A DNA stretch of 64,000 bases from a virus (IMGVR_UViG_2974570554_000001), one strand, 5' to 3'. Positions 9,327 to 16,840 are shown, counted from the stretch's first letter. Notes: generated from the letters alone by a model not told the origin. Made by a program: numbers and translations.

Positions 9327-9361
9327 TAATTATGCAGAGAGCATAAAAATTAAAAATATAA

Positions 9362-9390
9362 TTGCTCTCTGCTAAAACCTTTGTTATAAT
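9362..9390 (+). promoter_or_regulatory. T5-type promoter (first of a tandem pair)
   Basis: -35 TTGCTC at 9362, -10 TATAAT at 9385. Confidence 0.45.
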
Positions 9391-9458
9391 GGTTATCTAA
9401 ATTAAAGAAAACCTCTTCATCAAATTTGAAAGCATTTGGTACTTAAATTAAAAATGTC

Positions 9459-9487
9459 TTGCTAAGTGCTTTGAAACTTGATATAAT
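9459..9487 (+). promoter_or_regulatory. T5-type early promoter
   Basis: -35 TTGCTA at 9459, -10 TATAAT at 9482, leader AGTTCCATAAATTGATAAGGAAT. Confidence 0.6.
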
Positions 9488-9517
9488 AGTTCCATAAATT
9501 GATAAGGAATTGAAGAT

Positions 9518-9673
9518 ATGAAAAAACGTGGTAAAATTCAAAAGATTGCAATGTTCGCTCTTGGTTACGGTTCTAGTATCCCTCTAGCGAGTAAGAAATC
9601 TGGTTTAGGTTTACGTCGTACTAAGACTCTAGCTAAACATATTGCCGAAAACGGTTTTCGTATTCGAGACTAA
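9518..9673 (+). CDS. small basic protein (51 aa; ORF track minimum is 60 aa)
   Basis: ATG 7 nt after RBS AAGGAAT; runs into the tRNA cluster. Confidence 0.4.
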   Translation: MKKRGKIQKIAMFALGYGSSIPLASKKSGLGLRRTKTLAKHIAENGFRIRD

Positions 9674-9678
9674 ATAAT

Positions 9679-9755
9679 TGCGAGGATGGAGAAATGGCGT
9701 CTTGCGAGTTTCATAAGCTCGATAACGGGTGGTTCGAATCCACCGCTCGCATCCA
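9679..9755 (+). tRNA. tRNA anticodon CAT (Met or Ile2-type)
   Basis: Anticodon arm cgagt-TTCATAA-gctcg; T-arm ggtgg-TTCGAAT-ccacc; CCA encoded. Confidence 0.55.
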
Positions 9756-9761
9756 AATTAT

Positions 9762-9838
9762 GCGCGTGTAGCTCAGTTGGTTAGAGCATCTGACTTTTAA
9801 TCAGGTGGTCGAAGGTTCGAGTCCTTCTACGCGCACCA
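9762..9838 (+). tRNA. tRNA-Lys (TTT)
   Basis: gcgcgtg acceptor stem; D-arm tagctcagttggttagagca; loop CTTTTAA; T-loop TTCGAGT; CCA encoded. Confidence 0.75.
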
Positions 9839-9839
9839 T

Positions 9840-9915
9840 ACACCGGAAGACAGATGGATTGGTCGTCACCCTTTCAAGGTGGAGTTTGCGGGTTCGAGTC
9901 CCGTCCGGTGTACCA
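9840..9915 (+). tRNA. tRNA-Glu (TTC)
   Basis: Anticodon stem tcacc/ggtgg with loop CTTTCAA; T-loop TTCGAGT; acceptor acaccgg/ccggtgt; CCA encoded. Confidence 0.6.
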
Positions 9916-10116
9916 AATTTAAGATTTCTTTAGCTAGTATCCTAAACCGTGCCAGTGCAAAGAACAACTCACCACCGAACGCAAGCAGCTAGTAGGTGGG
10001 GAACTGAGAAGTGGCGTTCTCAGCCGGAATTGCAATCCGAGTGGAGTATAGGGGTGTCGGTCGGCTACCACAGAGCAGCGAGATGCTAAGGGTATTAGGC
10101 TAAAGAGATTTTTAAC

Positions 10117-10193
10117 GGGGAATTAGCTCTAATTGGGAGAGCACCTGCTTTGCACGCAGGGGGTTATCGGTTCGAATCCGTTATTCTCCACCA
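10117..10193 (+). tRNA. tRNA-Ala (TGC)
   Basis: D-stem gctc/gagc; anticodon stem cctgc/gcagg with loop TTTGCAC; TTCGAAT T-loop; CCA encoded. Confidence 0.65.
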
Positions 10194-10199
10194 AATTCT

Positions 10200-10276
10200 A
10201 GAGGCTTGGCTGAGTTGGTTATAGCGACTCCTTCATGCGGAGTAAGACGGGGGTTCAAGTCCCTCAGCCTCTACCA
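10200..10276 (+). tRNA. tRNA-Met (CAT)
   Basis: Acceptor agaggct/agcctct; anticodon stem actcc/ggagt with loop TTCATGC; T-loop TTCAAGT; CCA encoded. Confidence 0.6.
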
Positions 10277-10304
10277 AGAATATTTATAAATAGGAATAAC
10301 CTAT

Positions 10305-10838
10305 ATGCCAAAACTAGTTACAAACAATAGAAAACAAAACCTAGAGAAAATAGAAGAACTATTTCTCGAACGACTAAAATCAGAAGGTATCACAGAAGCT
10401 CTAATGGGTAAGATGGTAAAAACCTTTTACGGTACAGCTCCTTGGTATTCTGCTAGAAGCAGAAAAGCACAGAAATCTCGTAGACAAATGTTCTACTACA
10501 TGGGTCACTCTCTGCTACTACTATGCAAAAAACACAGTATACCTACTAAAGCTGGTTTTGTGTACGCTGTAACTAATAAAACATTTCCAAACTGTGTAAA
10601 GTTGGGACACACAAAAGATTGTGAAGACCGACTAATGCAGTACCAAACACATAGCCCACTAAAAGACTATGAAATGACTTGGCAGCAGTTCACCCTAGAC
10701 TCTTATGCTGCAGAGCAGAAACTTCTTTCATTATTTGAGAGAATACGCCCTAACGGGGAGTGGGTAAGTCTACAAACTGAGGACACTTTAAAGTTGAAAC
10801 AGTTACTAAATAAAAGTTTTAAAAGTTTGTCGTATTAA
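10305..10838 (+). CDS. T5orf172 / GIY-YIG-like domain protein, a putative homing-type endonuclease inside the tRNA cluster
   Basis: GFVYAVTNKTFPNCVKLGHTKD...RLMQYQTHSP resembles the T5orf172 (GIY-YIG superfamily) core; it lies between tRNA genes. Confidence 0.5.
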   Translation: MPKLVTNNRKQNLEKIEELFLERLKSEGITEALMGKMVKTFYGTAPWYSARSRKAQKSRRQMFYYMGHSLLLLCKKHSIPTKAGFVYAVTNKTFPNCVKLGHTKDCEDRLMQYQTHSPLKDYEMTWQQFTLDSYAAEQKLLSLFERIRPNGEWVSLQTEDTLKLKQLLNKSFKSLSY

Positions 10839-10842
10839 ACGT

Positions 10843-10918
10843 CTATGGAGGGCGGCGGGATTGTAGACCCCGTGTTGCGAAAGCAGCTCCCTAGGTTCGA
10901 TTCCTAGATGCGGCACCA
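10843..10918 (+). tRNA. tRNA-like element (pseudo- or atypical tRNA)
   Basis: Good T-arm ctagg-TTCGATT-cctag and a 3' gcggcACCA, but no 5' strand complementary to the acceptor 3' strand and no clean 7-nt anticodon loop. Confidence 0.3.
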
Positions 10919-10924
10919 TATTTT

Positions 10925-11000
10925 GGGGGATTAACTCAGTGGTTAGAGTGGCATCCTGTTAAGTTGCTGGTCGGTGGTTCGAGTCCACCATCCCTCGCCA
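10925..11000 (+). tRNA. tRNA-Asn (GTT)
   Basis: Acceptor gggggat/atccctc; D-stem actc/gagt; loop CTGTTAA; T-arm ggtgg-TTCGAGT-ccacc; CCA encoded. Confidence 0.65.
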
Positions 11001-11018
11001 TTTTAAGTTAAAAAGTAA

Positions 11019-11047
11019 TTGCTCAACTAGTTACTTTTCTGTATAAT
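11019..11047 (+). promoter_or_regulatory. T5-type early promoter
   Basis: -35 TTGCTC at 11019, -10 TATAAT at 11042, leader AGTTACATAAAGTTGAGAAACGGAGAT. Confidence 0.6.
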
Positions 11048-11080
11048 AGTTACATAAAGTTGAGAAACGGAGATAACAAA

Positions 11081-11275
11081 TTGAATAAACTAGGGCGACT
11101 AAAAGAAGCTGTTAAAGAGATTCGTAACGATACTGTTCATAATCTTCTAACCAAGCTTGTTAATGCTGGTGACATGAGACAAGCTCTCTACTTTACAGCA
11201 GGTTGTTTAATGTACATTGAGCACGACAAACGTGACCGTGTACATCTAGAATACATTCGAGACATTTTGTTATAA
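11081..11275 (+). CDS. hypothetical protein (TTG start)
   Basis: TTG sits where the ATG of paralogous leader modules lies, 7 nt after GGAGAT. Confidence 0.4.
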   Translation: MNKLGRLKEAVKEIRNDTVHNLLTKLVNAGDMRQALYFTAGCLMYIEHDKRDRVHLEYIRDILL

Positions 11276-11284
11276 AAGAATTAT

Positions 11285-11362
11285 GCGGCTGTGTGCGAGA
11301 TGGTTTAGGCAACCTCCCTGTCACGGAGGAGTACGTGGGTTCAAGTCCCATCGGTCGCGCCA
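11285..11362 (+). tRNA. tRNA-Asp (GTC)
   Basis: Anticodon arm cctcc-CTGTCAC-ggagg; T-arm gtggg-TTCAAGT-cccat; acceptor pairs with two G-U; D-arm irregular. Confidence 0.55.
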
Positions 11363-11380
11363 AATTTAAAGGTGAAGATA

Positions 11381-11545
11381 ATGATTAAAGTAATTGTAGG
11401 CGGAGAGGTTCTAGTATTTGAAGAACTTCAAGATGCATTTGACAATGTACCATTCTGGTCGGAAGCGACTATGATTGATACTGACGATAAAATCGTATAT
11501 TGCTACGATGCGGACGGTTCTCTTCTTCACCAAGAAAACTTATAA
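11381..11545 (+). CDS. small hypothetical protein (54 aa)
   Basis: RBS AAAGGTGAAGATA; sits between tRNA genes. Confidence 0.3.
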   Translation: MIKVIVGGEVLVFEELQDAFDNVPFWSEATMIDTDDKIVYCYDADGSLLHQENL

Positions 11546-11546
11546 A

Positions 11547-11624
11547 CGGGGTGTAATGTCAGTCTGGTAGACGGCTCGCTTTGGATGCGAGAGGTCGCTG
11601 GTTCGAATCCAGCCTCCCCGACCA
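11547..11624 (+). tRNA. tRNA-Pro (TGG)
   Basis: C1-G72 acceptor (cggggtg/ctccccg) as in bacterial tRNA-Pro; anticodon stem ctcgc/gcgag with loop TTTGGAT; TTCGAAT T-loop; CCA encoded. Confidence 0.65.
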
Positions 11625-11929
11625 AATGAGGAAACAGTATCCTTGCTCAAATGGGTACTCACTGAGGGACGAGCAATCCCAATATGTGCAGGCTGTCTAG
11701 CATATGCAGCTTTCGGTTGAAGTCACATGTTTAGTAATGCAAACCCATTAGCTACGGCTTGGGAGCTTGCCACTTACTCGGTTAAGTCCAAGAACCGCTG
11801 TGGAATATGTAAAGTCGTGATTCCTTCGGGATAGCGACTTCGGAAGTTATCTTCTGACTGCTAGCAAGTCCATAGCTATAGACTGTTGCAAAAGGCCGCA
11901 ACAGGGCAGTACAAAAGATAATTTACAAT
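11625..11929 (+). ncRNA. candidate structured stable RNA inside the tRNA cluster (about 300 nt)
   Basis: No ORF; several strong hairpins including two UUCG-type tetraloops (ccttcggg, gacttcggaag) and gcaggctgtctagcatatgcagc; flanked by tRNA genes, like the T4 species-1/2 RNAs. Confidence 0.3.
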
Positions 11930-12006
11930 GCGGGAGTGACGGAGTTGGTATACGTGTCGGCTTTAGATGCCGAATTTTGAGGGTTCGAGTCCCTCCTCCC
12001 GTACCA
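11930..12006 (+). tRNA. tRNA with anticodon TAG and a short variable loop (Leu-CUA reader in a type-I body?)
   Basis: Acceptor gcgggag/ctcccgt; anticodon stem tcggc/gccga with loop TTTAGAT; 5-nt variable loop; T-arm gaggg-TTCGAGT-ccctc; CCA encoded. Confidence 0.5.
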
Positions 12007-12012
12007 AACAAT

Positions 12013-12109
12013 GGAAGAGTAAGCCAACAGATTCTGGGTACTGGCAACTGTCTTGAAAACAGTCGATCCTTGAAAGGGTGTGTGGGTTCGAATCCCACTT
12101 CTTCCGCCA
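12013..12109 (+). tRNA. tRNA-Ser (TGA), type II
   Basis: Acceptor ggaagag/ttcttcc; anticodon stem actgt/acagt with loop CTTGAAA; long variable arm; T-arm gtggg-TTCGAAT-cccac; GCCA end. Confidence 0.65.
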
Positions 12110-12114
12110 ATTAG

Positions 12115-12150
12115 AACACGTAGGTTCGAACCCCCTACGGTTGCGTATGC
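12115..12150 (+). other. orphan T-arm-like hairpin (tRNA remnant?)
   Basis: cgtagg-TTCGAAC-ccctacg with no acceptor partner and no CCA. Confidence 0.3.
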
Positions 12151-12208
12151 GTCCTGATGCTGGGCAGTTGCGGTGAAACTCCGAAGGGCAGTCCCATTAA
12201 AAATGTAA

Positions 12209-12237
12209 TTGCTAAAAACGTTAAATAAACGTATAAT
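12209..12237 (+). promoter_or_regulatory. T5-type early promoter
   Basis: -35 TTGCTA at 12209, -10 TATAAT at 12232, canonical leader. Confidence 0.65.
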
Positions 12238-12268
12238 AGTTACATAAAGTTGAGAAACGGAGATTGTT

Positions 12269-12514
12269 ATGGAAGAATTCTACAAAGCTGCCTTGTTGAT
12301 GAAGAAATACTGTAAAGGTTACTGGCATACAGATAGTGCCATATCTCCTATAGTAAATGAAGAACACTTCAAAAACTTAGTCCCAGGTACTCCAATTAGT
12401 GATGCACTGATCGAAGAGTACAACAAGGTAAAAGAACACCCATACAAGCGACCTAAGATTAGACATATCCTACAGCAAATTATTGCTGATGATATTTTGA
12501 CTTATAAGATTTAA
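12269..12514 (+). CDS. hypothetical protein
   Basis: 81 aa, ATG directly after the GGAGATTGTT leader. Confidence 0.5.
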   Translation: MEEFYKAALLMKKYCKGYWHTDSAISPIVNEEHFKNLVPGTPISDALIEEYNKVKEHPYKRPKIRHILQQIIADDILTYKI

Positions 12515-12515
12515 T

Positions 12516-12602
12516 GCGTACTGAAGACTGAGTGGTCGGTCAGCAGCCTTCCAAGCTGTCGCCCCGAAAGGGGCTGGGGTTCGACTCCCCCTGTACGCTC
12601 CA
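12516..12602 (+). tRNA. tRNA with a long variable arm (type II); anticodon uncertain (loop CTTCCAA reads TCC)
   Basis: Acceptor gcgtac(t)/(t)gtacgc; variable hairpin gccccgaaaggggc; T-loop TTCGACT; CCA encoded; anticodon stem gcagc/gctgt. Confidence 0.45.
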
Positions 12603-12618
12603 AACATTAAAAACGTAA

Positions 12619-12647
12619 TTGCTAAACATCGCATTTTAACGTATAAT
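12619..12647 (+). promoter_or_regulatory. T5-type early promoter
   Basis: -35 TTGCTA at 12619, -10 TATAAT at 12642. Confidence 0.65.
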
Positions 12648-12679
12648 AGTTACATAAAGTTGAGAAACGGAGATAATAA

Positions 12680-12916
12680 ATGGCAATTTCAAAAGTACCA
12701 CAATCTGCTCAGAAACAAATTGATACGTTAGTTCACGTATTTGCAGCAGGTGATGGTGGTGGCGCTTTAGTAGCGTTCAAATGTCACTATGAACAAATTG
12801 AACTCGACGCTATTGCTGGTGATAAAAACGCACAAACAGTAATGGCAAATATGCAAGGCATCATCAATCTAGTTCAGCACCTAGCAGGTATTGACAACGA
12901 TAATCTACAGTATTAA
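12680..12916 (+). CDS. hypothetical protein
   Basis: 78 aa after the canonical leader. Confidence 0.5.
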   Translation: MAISKVPQSAQKQIDTLVHVFAAGDGGGALVAFKCHYEQIELDAIAGDKNAQTVMANMQGIINLVQHLAGIDNDNLQY

Positions 12917-12992
12917 GCTTCTTTAGCTCAGTTGGGAGAGCAGCTCACTTGTAATGAGCAGGTCGTCCGTTCGAATCGGACAAGGAGCACCA
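12917..12992 (+). tRNA. tRNA-Thr (TGT)
   Basis: D-arm tagctcagttgggagagca; anticodon stem gctca/tgagc with loop CTTGTAA; T-arm gtccg-TTCGAAT-cggac; CCA encoded. Confidence 0.7.
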
Positions 12993-13012
12993 TTTTTATT
13001 ACGGAGAAGATT

Positions 13013-13195
13013 ATGATTTATTTCAAAAATAAAGCAGGAAAACTTGGTATAGTATCTTTCGATGATGCAGAGTACGAACTCCAAGCCGTACAAAATCCAG
13101 AAGAGTTACATAAAGATGTAACCGTAGCTGTGAGAGGACTCCCTAAAGACTGTCTTCCAGCAGAAAAGACTGCATTCTTAACTGTAGTCAAATAA
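13013..13195 (+). CDS. hypothetical small protein
   Basis: ATG after RBS ACGGAGAAGATT; the longer track ORF would overlap tRNA-Thr. Confidence 0.4.
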   Translation: MIYFKNKAGKLGIVSFDDAEYELQAVQNPEELHKDVTVAVRGLPKDCLPAEKTAFLTVVK

Positions 13196-13202
13196 GAATA
13201 AT

Positions 13203-13278
13203 AGCGAGGTAGTTTAATTGGTAAAACATCGGACTTTGACTCCGACGTCGGTGGGTTCAAATCCCCCTCTCGCCACCA
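13203..13278 (+). tRNA. tRNA-Gln (TTG)
   Basis: D-stem gttt/aaac; anticodon stem tcgga/tccga with loop CTTTGAC; T-loop TTCAAAT; weak 1-72 pair (a Gln trait); CCA encoded. Confidence 0.6.
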
Positions 13279-13279
13279 T

Positions 13280-13355
13280 ACTCTCTTAGCTCAGTGTGTA
13301 GAGCACCTCCCTTACAAGGAGGGGGTCGTTGGTTCGAATCCAACAGGGAGTACCA
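13280..13355 (+). tRNA. tRNA-Val (TAC)
   Basis: D-arm tagctcagtgtgtagagca; anticodon stem cctcc/ggagg with loop CTTACAA; T-arm gttgg-TTCGAAT-ccaac; CCA encoded. Confidence 0.65.
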
Positions 13356-13512
13356 TCTTTAAGCGCATTACACAGACAAGCTCTACCCTGATAGGTATCT
13401 TGGCTCTGCGGGAGTAGTGACCTAAGGAAATCTGAGGCTGTGTCAACACTAGGCTGTGCCGGACGAGGATAGTGTGCTTAAAAATGGTAACACAATAACA
13501 AAGGATGAAGAT

Positions 13513-13917
13513 ATGCAACTTGATGAAATGAAAGCAAAATTGCTAGAAGTACGTAAAGCTCGTAACGCAGTAGGTAAGGCAGCAATGCAATCACTTATCG
13601 CTGATTTCGACAAACAAGCACGTACTGGTAAAGAAGTTGACGGTATGGCTCTTATCAAGAAATATGTAGCTAACGCCAAAGATAACATGCGTCTAGAAAA
13701 AGACCGTGGCAACACCGCAGGTTACGAAGCTTACCGCGCAGAAGTAGATTTCCTAGAAACTCTATTGCCAAAGCAGCTAACCGAAGCAGAACTTCGTGAA
13801 ATCATCGAAACGGGTGCTTTCAAAGGTATCGGTCAAGTAATGAAGCACTTGCGGGAACATTACCAAGGTCAATACGATGGTGGTCTAGCATCTAAAATCG
13901 CTCGTGAGGTTGTATGA
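13513..13917 (+). CDS. hypothetical protein
   Basis: Start moved to ATG 13513, which has RBS AAGGATGAAGAT. Confidence 0.5.
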   Translation: MQLDEMKAKLLEVRKARNAVGKAAMQSLIADFDKQARTGKEVDGMALIKKYVANAKDNMRLEKDRGNTAGYEAYRAEVDFLETLLPKQLTEAELREIIETGAFKGIGQVMKHLREHYQGQYDGGLASKIAREVV

Positions 13918-14144
13918 ATCCAGCAGAAGTAAAAGCTAAACTAGACATTCTTGATGGTGAGCTTAAAGACCTCACCATCAAAGCAAAAGTCCTAGCAGAT
14001 AAGAAACGTGAGTGTGAGAACGAGAAAGCCCGCTTGCGAGTAATTCAACAATCTGCTTGCGACCATCCAAGAGAAGCACGTAGTTCGGTTATGGTAAATA
14101 ACGAACCCGAATACTTCTGTACATTGTGTGGAAAAGATTTTTAG
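13914..14144 (+). CDS. hypothetical protein with a C-terminal Cys pair
   Basis: ATGA coupling; ends ...FCTLCGKDF. Confidence 0.45.
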   Translation: MNPAEVKAKLDILDGELKDLTIKAKVLADKKRECENEKARLRVIQQSACDHPREARSSVMVNNEPEYFCTLCGKDF

Positions 14145-14214
14145 GGCTGAGCCGGTGGCGGCAAAGCGGATTCCAAACCCGCCTACGTAGGTTCGACTCC
14201 TACCAGTTCTGCCA
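14143..14214 (+). tRNA. tRNA-Trp (CCA)
   Basis: A1-U72 start as in E. coli tRNA-Trp; anticodon stem gcgg/ccgc with loop TTCCAAA; T-arm gtagg-TTCGACT-cctac; CCA encoded. Confidence 0.5.
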
Positions 14215-14220
14215 AACAAT

Positions 14221-14296
14221 ACTTCCGTAGCTCAGTTGGTAGAGCAAACGACCGATAATCGTTAGGTCACTGGTTCAAGTCCAGTCGGGAGTACCA
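14221..14296 (+). tRNA. tRNA-Ile (GAT)
   Basis: D-arm tagctcagttggtagagca; anticodon stem aacga/tcgtt with loop CCGATAA; T-arm actgg-TTCAAGT-ccagt; CCA encoded. Confidence 0.6.
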
Positions 14297-14301
14297 ATTT
14301 T

Positions 14302-14394
14302 CTCCCCTTAGCTCAGTTGGTAGAGCAGCGGGTTTATACTCCGTAGCAACAGATAATTGGCTGGTCACTGGTTCGAGTCCAGTAGGGGAGACCA
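14302..14394 (+). tRNA. atypical 93-nt tRNA (anticodon loop TTTATAC reads TAT) with a roughly 20-nt insertion or long variable arm
   Basis: C1-G72 acceptor ctcccct/aggggag; classic D-arm; anticodon stem gcggg/tccgt with G-U pairs; extra segment agcaacagataattggctggtc; T-arm actgg-TTCGAGT-ccagt; CCA encoded. Confidence 0.45.
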
Positions 14395-14524
14395 GAATTG
14401 CAATAGCAGAGGCTCCTGCTTCACGGTGAGCACAGATCGAAATCGTATAGCTGTGCTGGAACAACTCAGAGCATCGTAGAACACCGTGACTAATAATAAA
14501 TAAATAATATCATGGAGATACTAT

Positions 14525-14743
14525 ATGAAAACAGCTAACCTACTTAAATTCGCATCAGAAAAAGCTTTCGTTGTTAACCGTCACAAGCGTTCTCAAGAAA
14601 AGTTGCGCTCTCAGTGCCAACGCTTGTTAAAGGCAGGTCGTTTAGTAGAAGTTGAGAAGACACATGATCAAGTCATGTATCGTACTCCAGAATCAGTAGA
14701 GCAAGACGCTATTGCAGCATCACATCTACGAGAAGAAGTTTAA
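14525..14743 (+). CDS. hypothetical protein
   Basis: 72 aa; RBS GGAGATACTAT. Confidence 0.45.
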   Translation: MKTANLLKFASEKAFVVNRHKRSQEKLRSQCQRLLKAGRLVEVEKTHDQVMYRTPESVEQDAIAASHLREEV

Positions 14744-14744
14744 A

Positions 14745-14820
14745 GCGGGAATAGCTCAGCAGGTAGAGCACTTGGTTGAAGACCTTGGTGTCGCTGGTTC
14801 AACTCCAGCTTCCCGCACCA
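14745..14820 (+). tRNA. tRNA-Phe (GAA)
   Basis: Overall similarity to E. coli tRNA-Phe (gcgggaatagctcag...gtagagca; loop TTGAAGA; variable loop GTGTC); anticodon stem has two T-T mismatches. Confidence 0.6.
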
Positions 14821-14829
14821 CAATTTAAT

Positions 14830-14905
14830 GCAGCTATAGTTCAACTGGATAGAGCACCACCCTACGAAGGTGATAATCTAGGTTCGAGTCCTAGTAGCTG
14901 TGCCA
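14830..14905 (+). tRNA. tRNA-Arg (ACG)
   Basis: Acceptor gcagcta/tagctgt; loop CTACGAA; T-arm ctagg-TTCGAGT-cctag; CCA encoded. Confidence 0.55.
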
Positions 14906-14930
14906 ACTTAATAAAAAATAGGAACAGAAG

Positions 14931-15218
14931 ATGATTACAGCAAAAGAACTTCAAGCATTAAATGTAGCTAAACACATGCAAAACGAACAACGTGTTAGCG
15001 ATGCCCTAGACAAAGCTCTTACAGGTGTTACACTTAACTATAATCAACGCACAGTTTCAGGTTTATATGTTCCTGGTCTTAAATCTACAGATAGACCTTA
15101 TGTGGAGTCAATGATGCGTGACGCCGGATATGATCAAGTATCTTTTGTTTCACAGAATGATGGGCGTAACGGTACAGATGTTCATATCTCGTTTGTACTA
15201 CCACCACAAGCAGAATAA
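14931..15218 (+). CDS. hypothetical protein
   Basis: 95 aa; RBS GGAACAGAAG. Confidence 0.5.
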   Translation: MITAKELQALNVAKHMQNEQRVSDALDKALTGVTLNYNQRTVSGLYVPGLKSTDRPYVESMMRDAGYDQVSFVSQNDGRNGTDVHISFVLPPQAE

Positions 15219-15220
15219 TT

Positions 15221-15310
15221 GGAGAGATGCCTGAATTGGTTAAGGGAGCGGGTTGCTAACCCGTCGGCTGCTTCGGTGGTCTCTGGGTTCGAATCCCAGT
15301 CTCTCCGCCA
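15221..15310 (+). tRNA. tRNA-Ser (GCT), type II
   Basis: Acceptor ggagaga/tctctcc; anticodon stem gcggg/cccgt with loop TTGCTAA; long variable arm; T-arm ctggg-TTCGAAT-cccag; GCCA end. Confidence 0.65.
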
Positions 15311-15435
15311 AATTTAATATTGTTATAATCGTAACAGAGTCCACGAGAACTCCTAAGGATGCTCGAAGATGTTTTATTACTACAAACCTCGAATAGAAAC
15401 CGTAACTCCCGTTATGGTCACACTAGGAGAGAAAC

Positions 15436-15639
15436 ATGTGGCGAAGACACAAAGTAAGAGTAAATTGGCATCGCCGTCTAAAAGACGATGAAATTGCAAA
15501 AGAAAACGGTTTTAACCAACGCTCGTTCAAACAAACTGAAGTCTATGAATATGATTTGTCTTGGTGGGACTACCCACATAGAACAGTACAGCGTAACTGG
15601 AAAAGCCAAAATAAGAACAGAAAACAATGGGAACGCTAG
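15436..15639 (+). CDS. hypothetical basic protein
   Basis: RBS AGGAGAGAAAC. Confidence 0.4.
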   Translation: MWRRHKVRVNWHRRLKDDEIAKENGFNQRSFKQTEVYEYDLSWWDYPHRTVQRNWKSQNKNRKQWER

Positions 15640-15665
15640 ACGTTCCCTTTCTTGTGGAGAATATA

Positions 15666-16214
15666 ATGAAGAATCAAATTTACCTAGCAGGCGATATGCT
15701 AAACCGTGGTGCTCAACTTCAACGAGCAGAAGAAAAACGTGATTTGCTTAATCTAGGGTACGAATTATACGTGCCACAGGATAATAAAGATATAAATGAT
15801 AAAGAAAATCTTGACTCGAACGATGGTCTAGCAGAGAAAATTGTTCGTGCAGATACTAATGGTATCGTGAATTCTGATATCGTGGTCATGGAAGCTCGTG
15901 AAGCAGCACTTGGTACTTGTATTGAACTTGGTCAGATTAAAGGTATGAAAGACGTCGCTAAAACAGTCTTGTCTATGCTAGAGTCTGGTTGCTCTCTTAA
16001 AGAAGTAATTCATAATATGGAGCAGATTCGTGATAAGCTTGTTCTAGTTCACAACTCAGATATTCGTCGTGCAGGTAATCCTACCGAAACAGGCGATCGT
16101 CGCTCTTACGCTCCACACCAGTATTTATACGGCTGTGTGCTTGATGTAACCAATGGGCATGGTTTTTACGATTGGAACGAAATCACTTACATTCTAGATA
16201 AGGACAACGCGTAA
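15666..16214 (+). CDS. nucleoside 2-deoxyribosyltransferase-like protein (NDT / Rcl family)
   Basis: IYLAGDM near the N-terminus and EAREAALGTCIELG, which resembles the NDT catalytic-Glu motif; RBS GGAGAAT. Confidence 0.5.
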   Translation: MKNQIYLAGDMLNRGAQLQRAEEKRDLLNLGYELYVPQDNKDINDKENLDSNDGLAEKIVRADTNGIVNSDIVVMEAREAALGTCIELGQIKGMKDVAKTVLSMLESGCSLKEVIHNMEQIRDKLVLVHNSDIRRAGNPTETGDRRSYAPHQYLYGCVLDVTNGHGFYDWNEITYILDKDNA

Positions 16215-16840
16215 TGTTAGAAAAGATTTGGTCAGTTATTGCGGTGCTCCTAGTAATCGGAGCATCAATCATCTCAGGGGCAGATTTGTTTGTGTCTGCC
16301 TTGAGTCTAGTAGGTATTCTGTTTGTACTAGGTGTCGCTTTTAAGCGGCCAGAGTCACAGTTACTGGGTGCTGTATTCTGTGGGTTCTTGGCGTTTGCCT
16401 CGATGGGCGCAGGCTTTTATGCGAATGCAGTCGTCAATGGATTGATACTAATTCCAGCCTCTATATATGGATATTTTCATTGGAAGAGAAGAAAAGGTTT
16501 TCAATTAGAGCAAAGTATGTCTAGTGGTGGACTCACTAATATGATTGCTTCATTAGTGGCCGTCACAGCATTAGTGTTCTTCTTTGGAACTATGGGAGCA
16601 GGTGGGGCTATGCCTTTACTAGATGCTCTCACAGCAGTTATGCCAGTCGTCGCTACTTTCTTGATGATTGGAGCATATCGTGATCAGTGGTTCTTATGGA
16701 TACCTTACAATGCAATACAAGCCTTTATGTGGTTTACCGCCGCGTCTTTGCAGCCTGCGGTACTGGCGGTGTTTGTGTTAAAGATGGTATTCCTAGTGAA
16801 CTCACTAATTGGATTCTATCAATGGAGAAAAGGGGCGTAA
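16214..16840 (+). CDS. pnuC: PnuC-like nicotinamide riboside transporter
   Basis: Polytopic membrane protein; IYGYFHWKRRKG and WFLWIPYNAIQAFMWF resemble the PnuC signature motifs; ATGA coupling with the upstream gene. Confidence 0.55.
   Translation: MLEKIWSVIAVLLVIGASIISGADLFVSALSLVGILFVLGVAFKRPESQLLGAVFCGFLAFASMGAGFYANAVVNGLILIPASIYGYFHWKRRKGFQLEQSMSSGGLTNMIASLVAVTALVFFFGTMGAGGAMPLLDALTAVMPVVATFLMIGAYRDQWFLWIPYNAIQAFMWFTAASLQPAVLAVFVLKMVFLVNSLIGFYQWRKGA

Noticed and set aside
9916-10116. 200-nt gap between tRNA-Glu and tRNA-Ala searched for a tRNA
   Set aside because: It contains an anticodon-like hairpin (cgga-ATTGCAA-tccg) but no T-arm or acceptor pairing. It may be spacer or ncRNA, and is not called.
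12115-12150. T-arm-like hairpin cgtagg-TTCGAAC-cctacg taken as another tRNA
   Set aside because: No complementary 5' acceptor strand, no D or anticodon arm, and no CCA. Kept only as a possible remnant.
15488-15742. Alternative-frame 84-aa ORF overlapping the 15436 and 15666 genes
   Set aside because: Out of frame with two better-supported ORFs and has no RBS.
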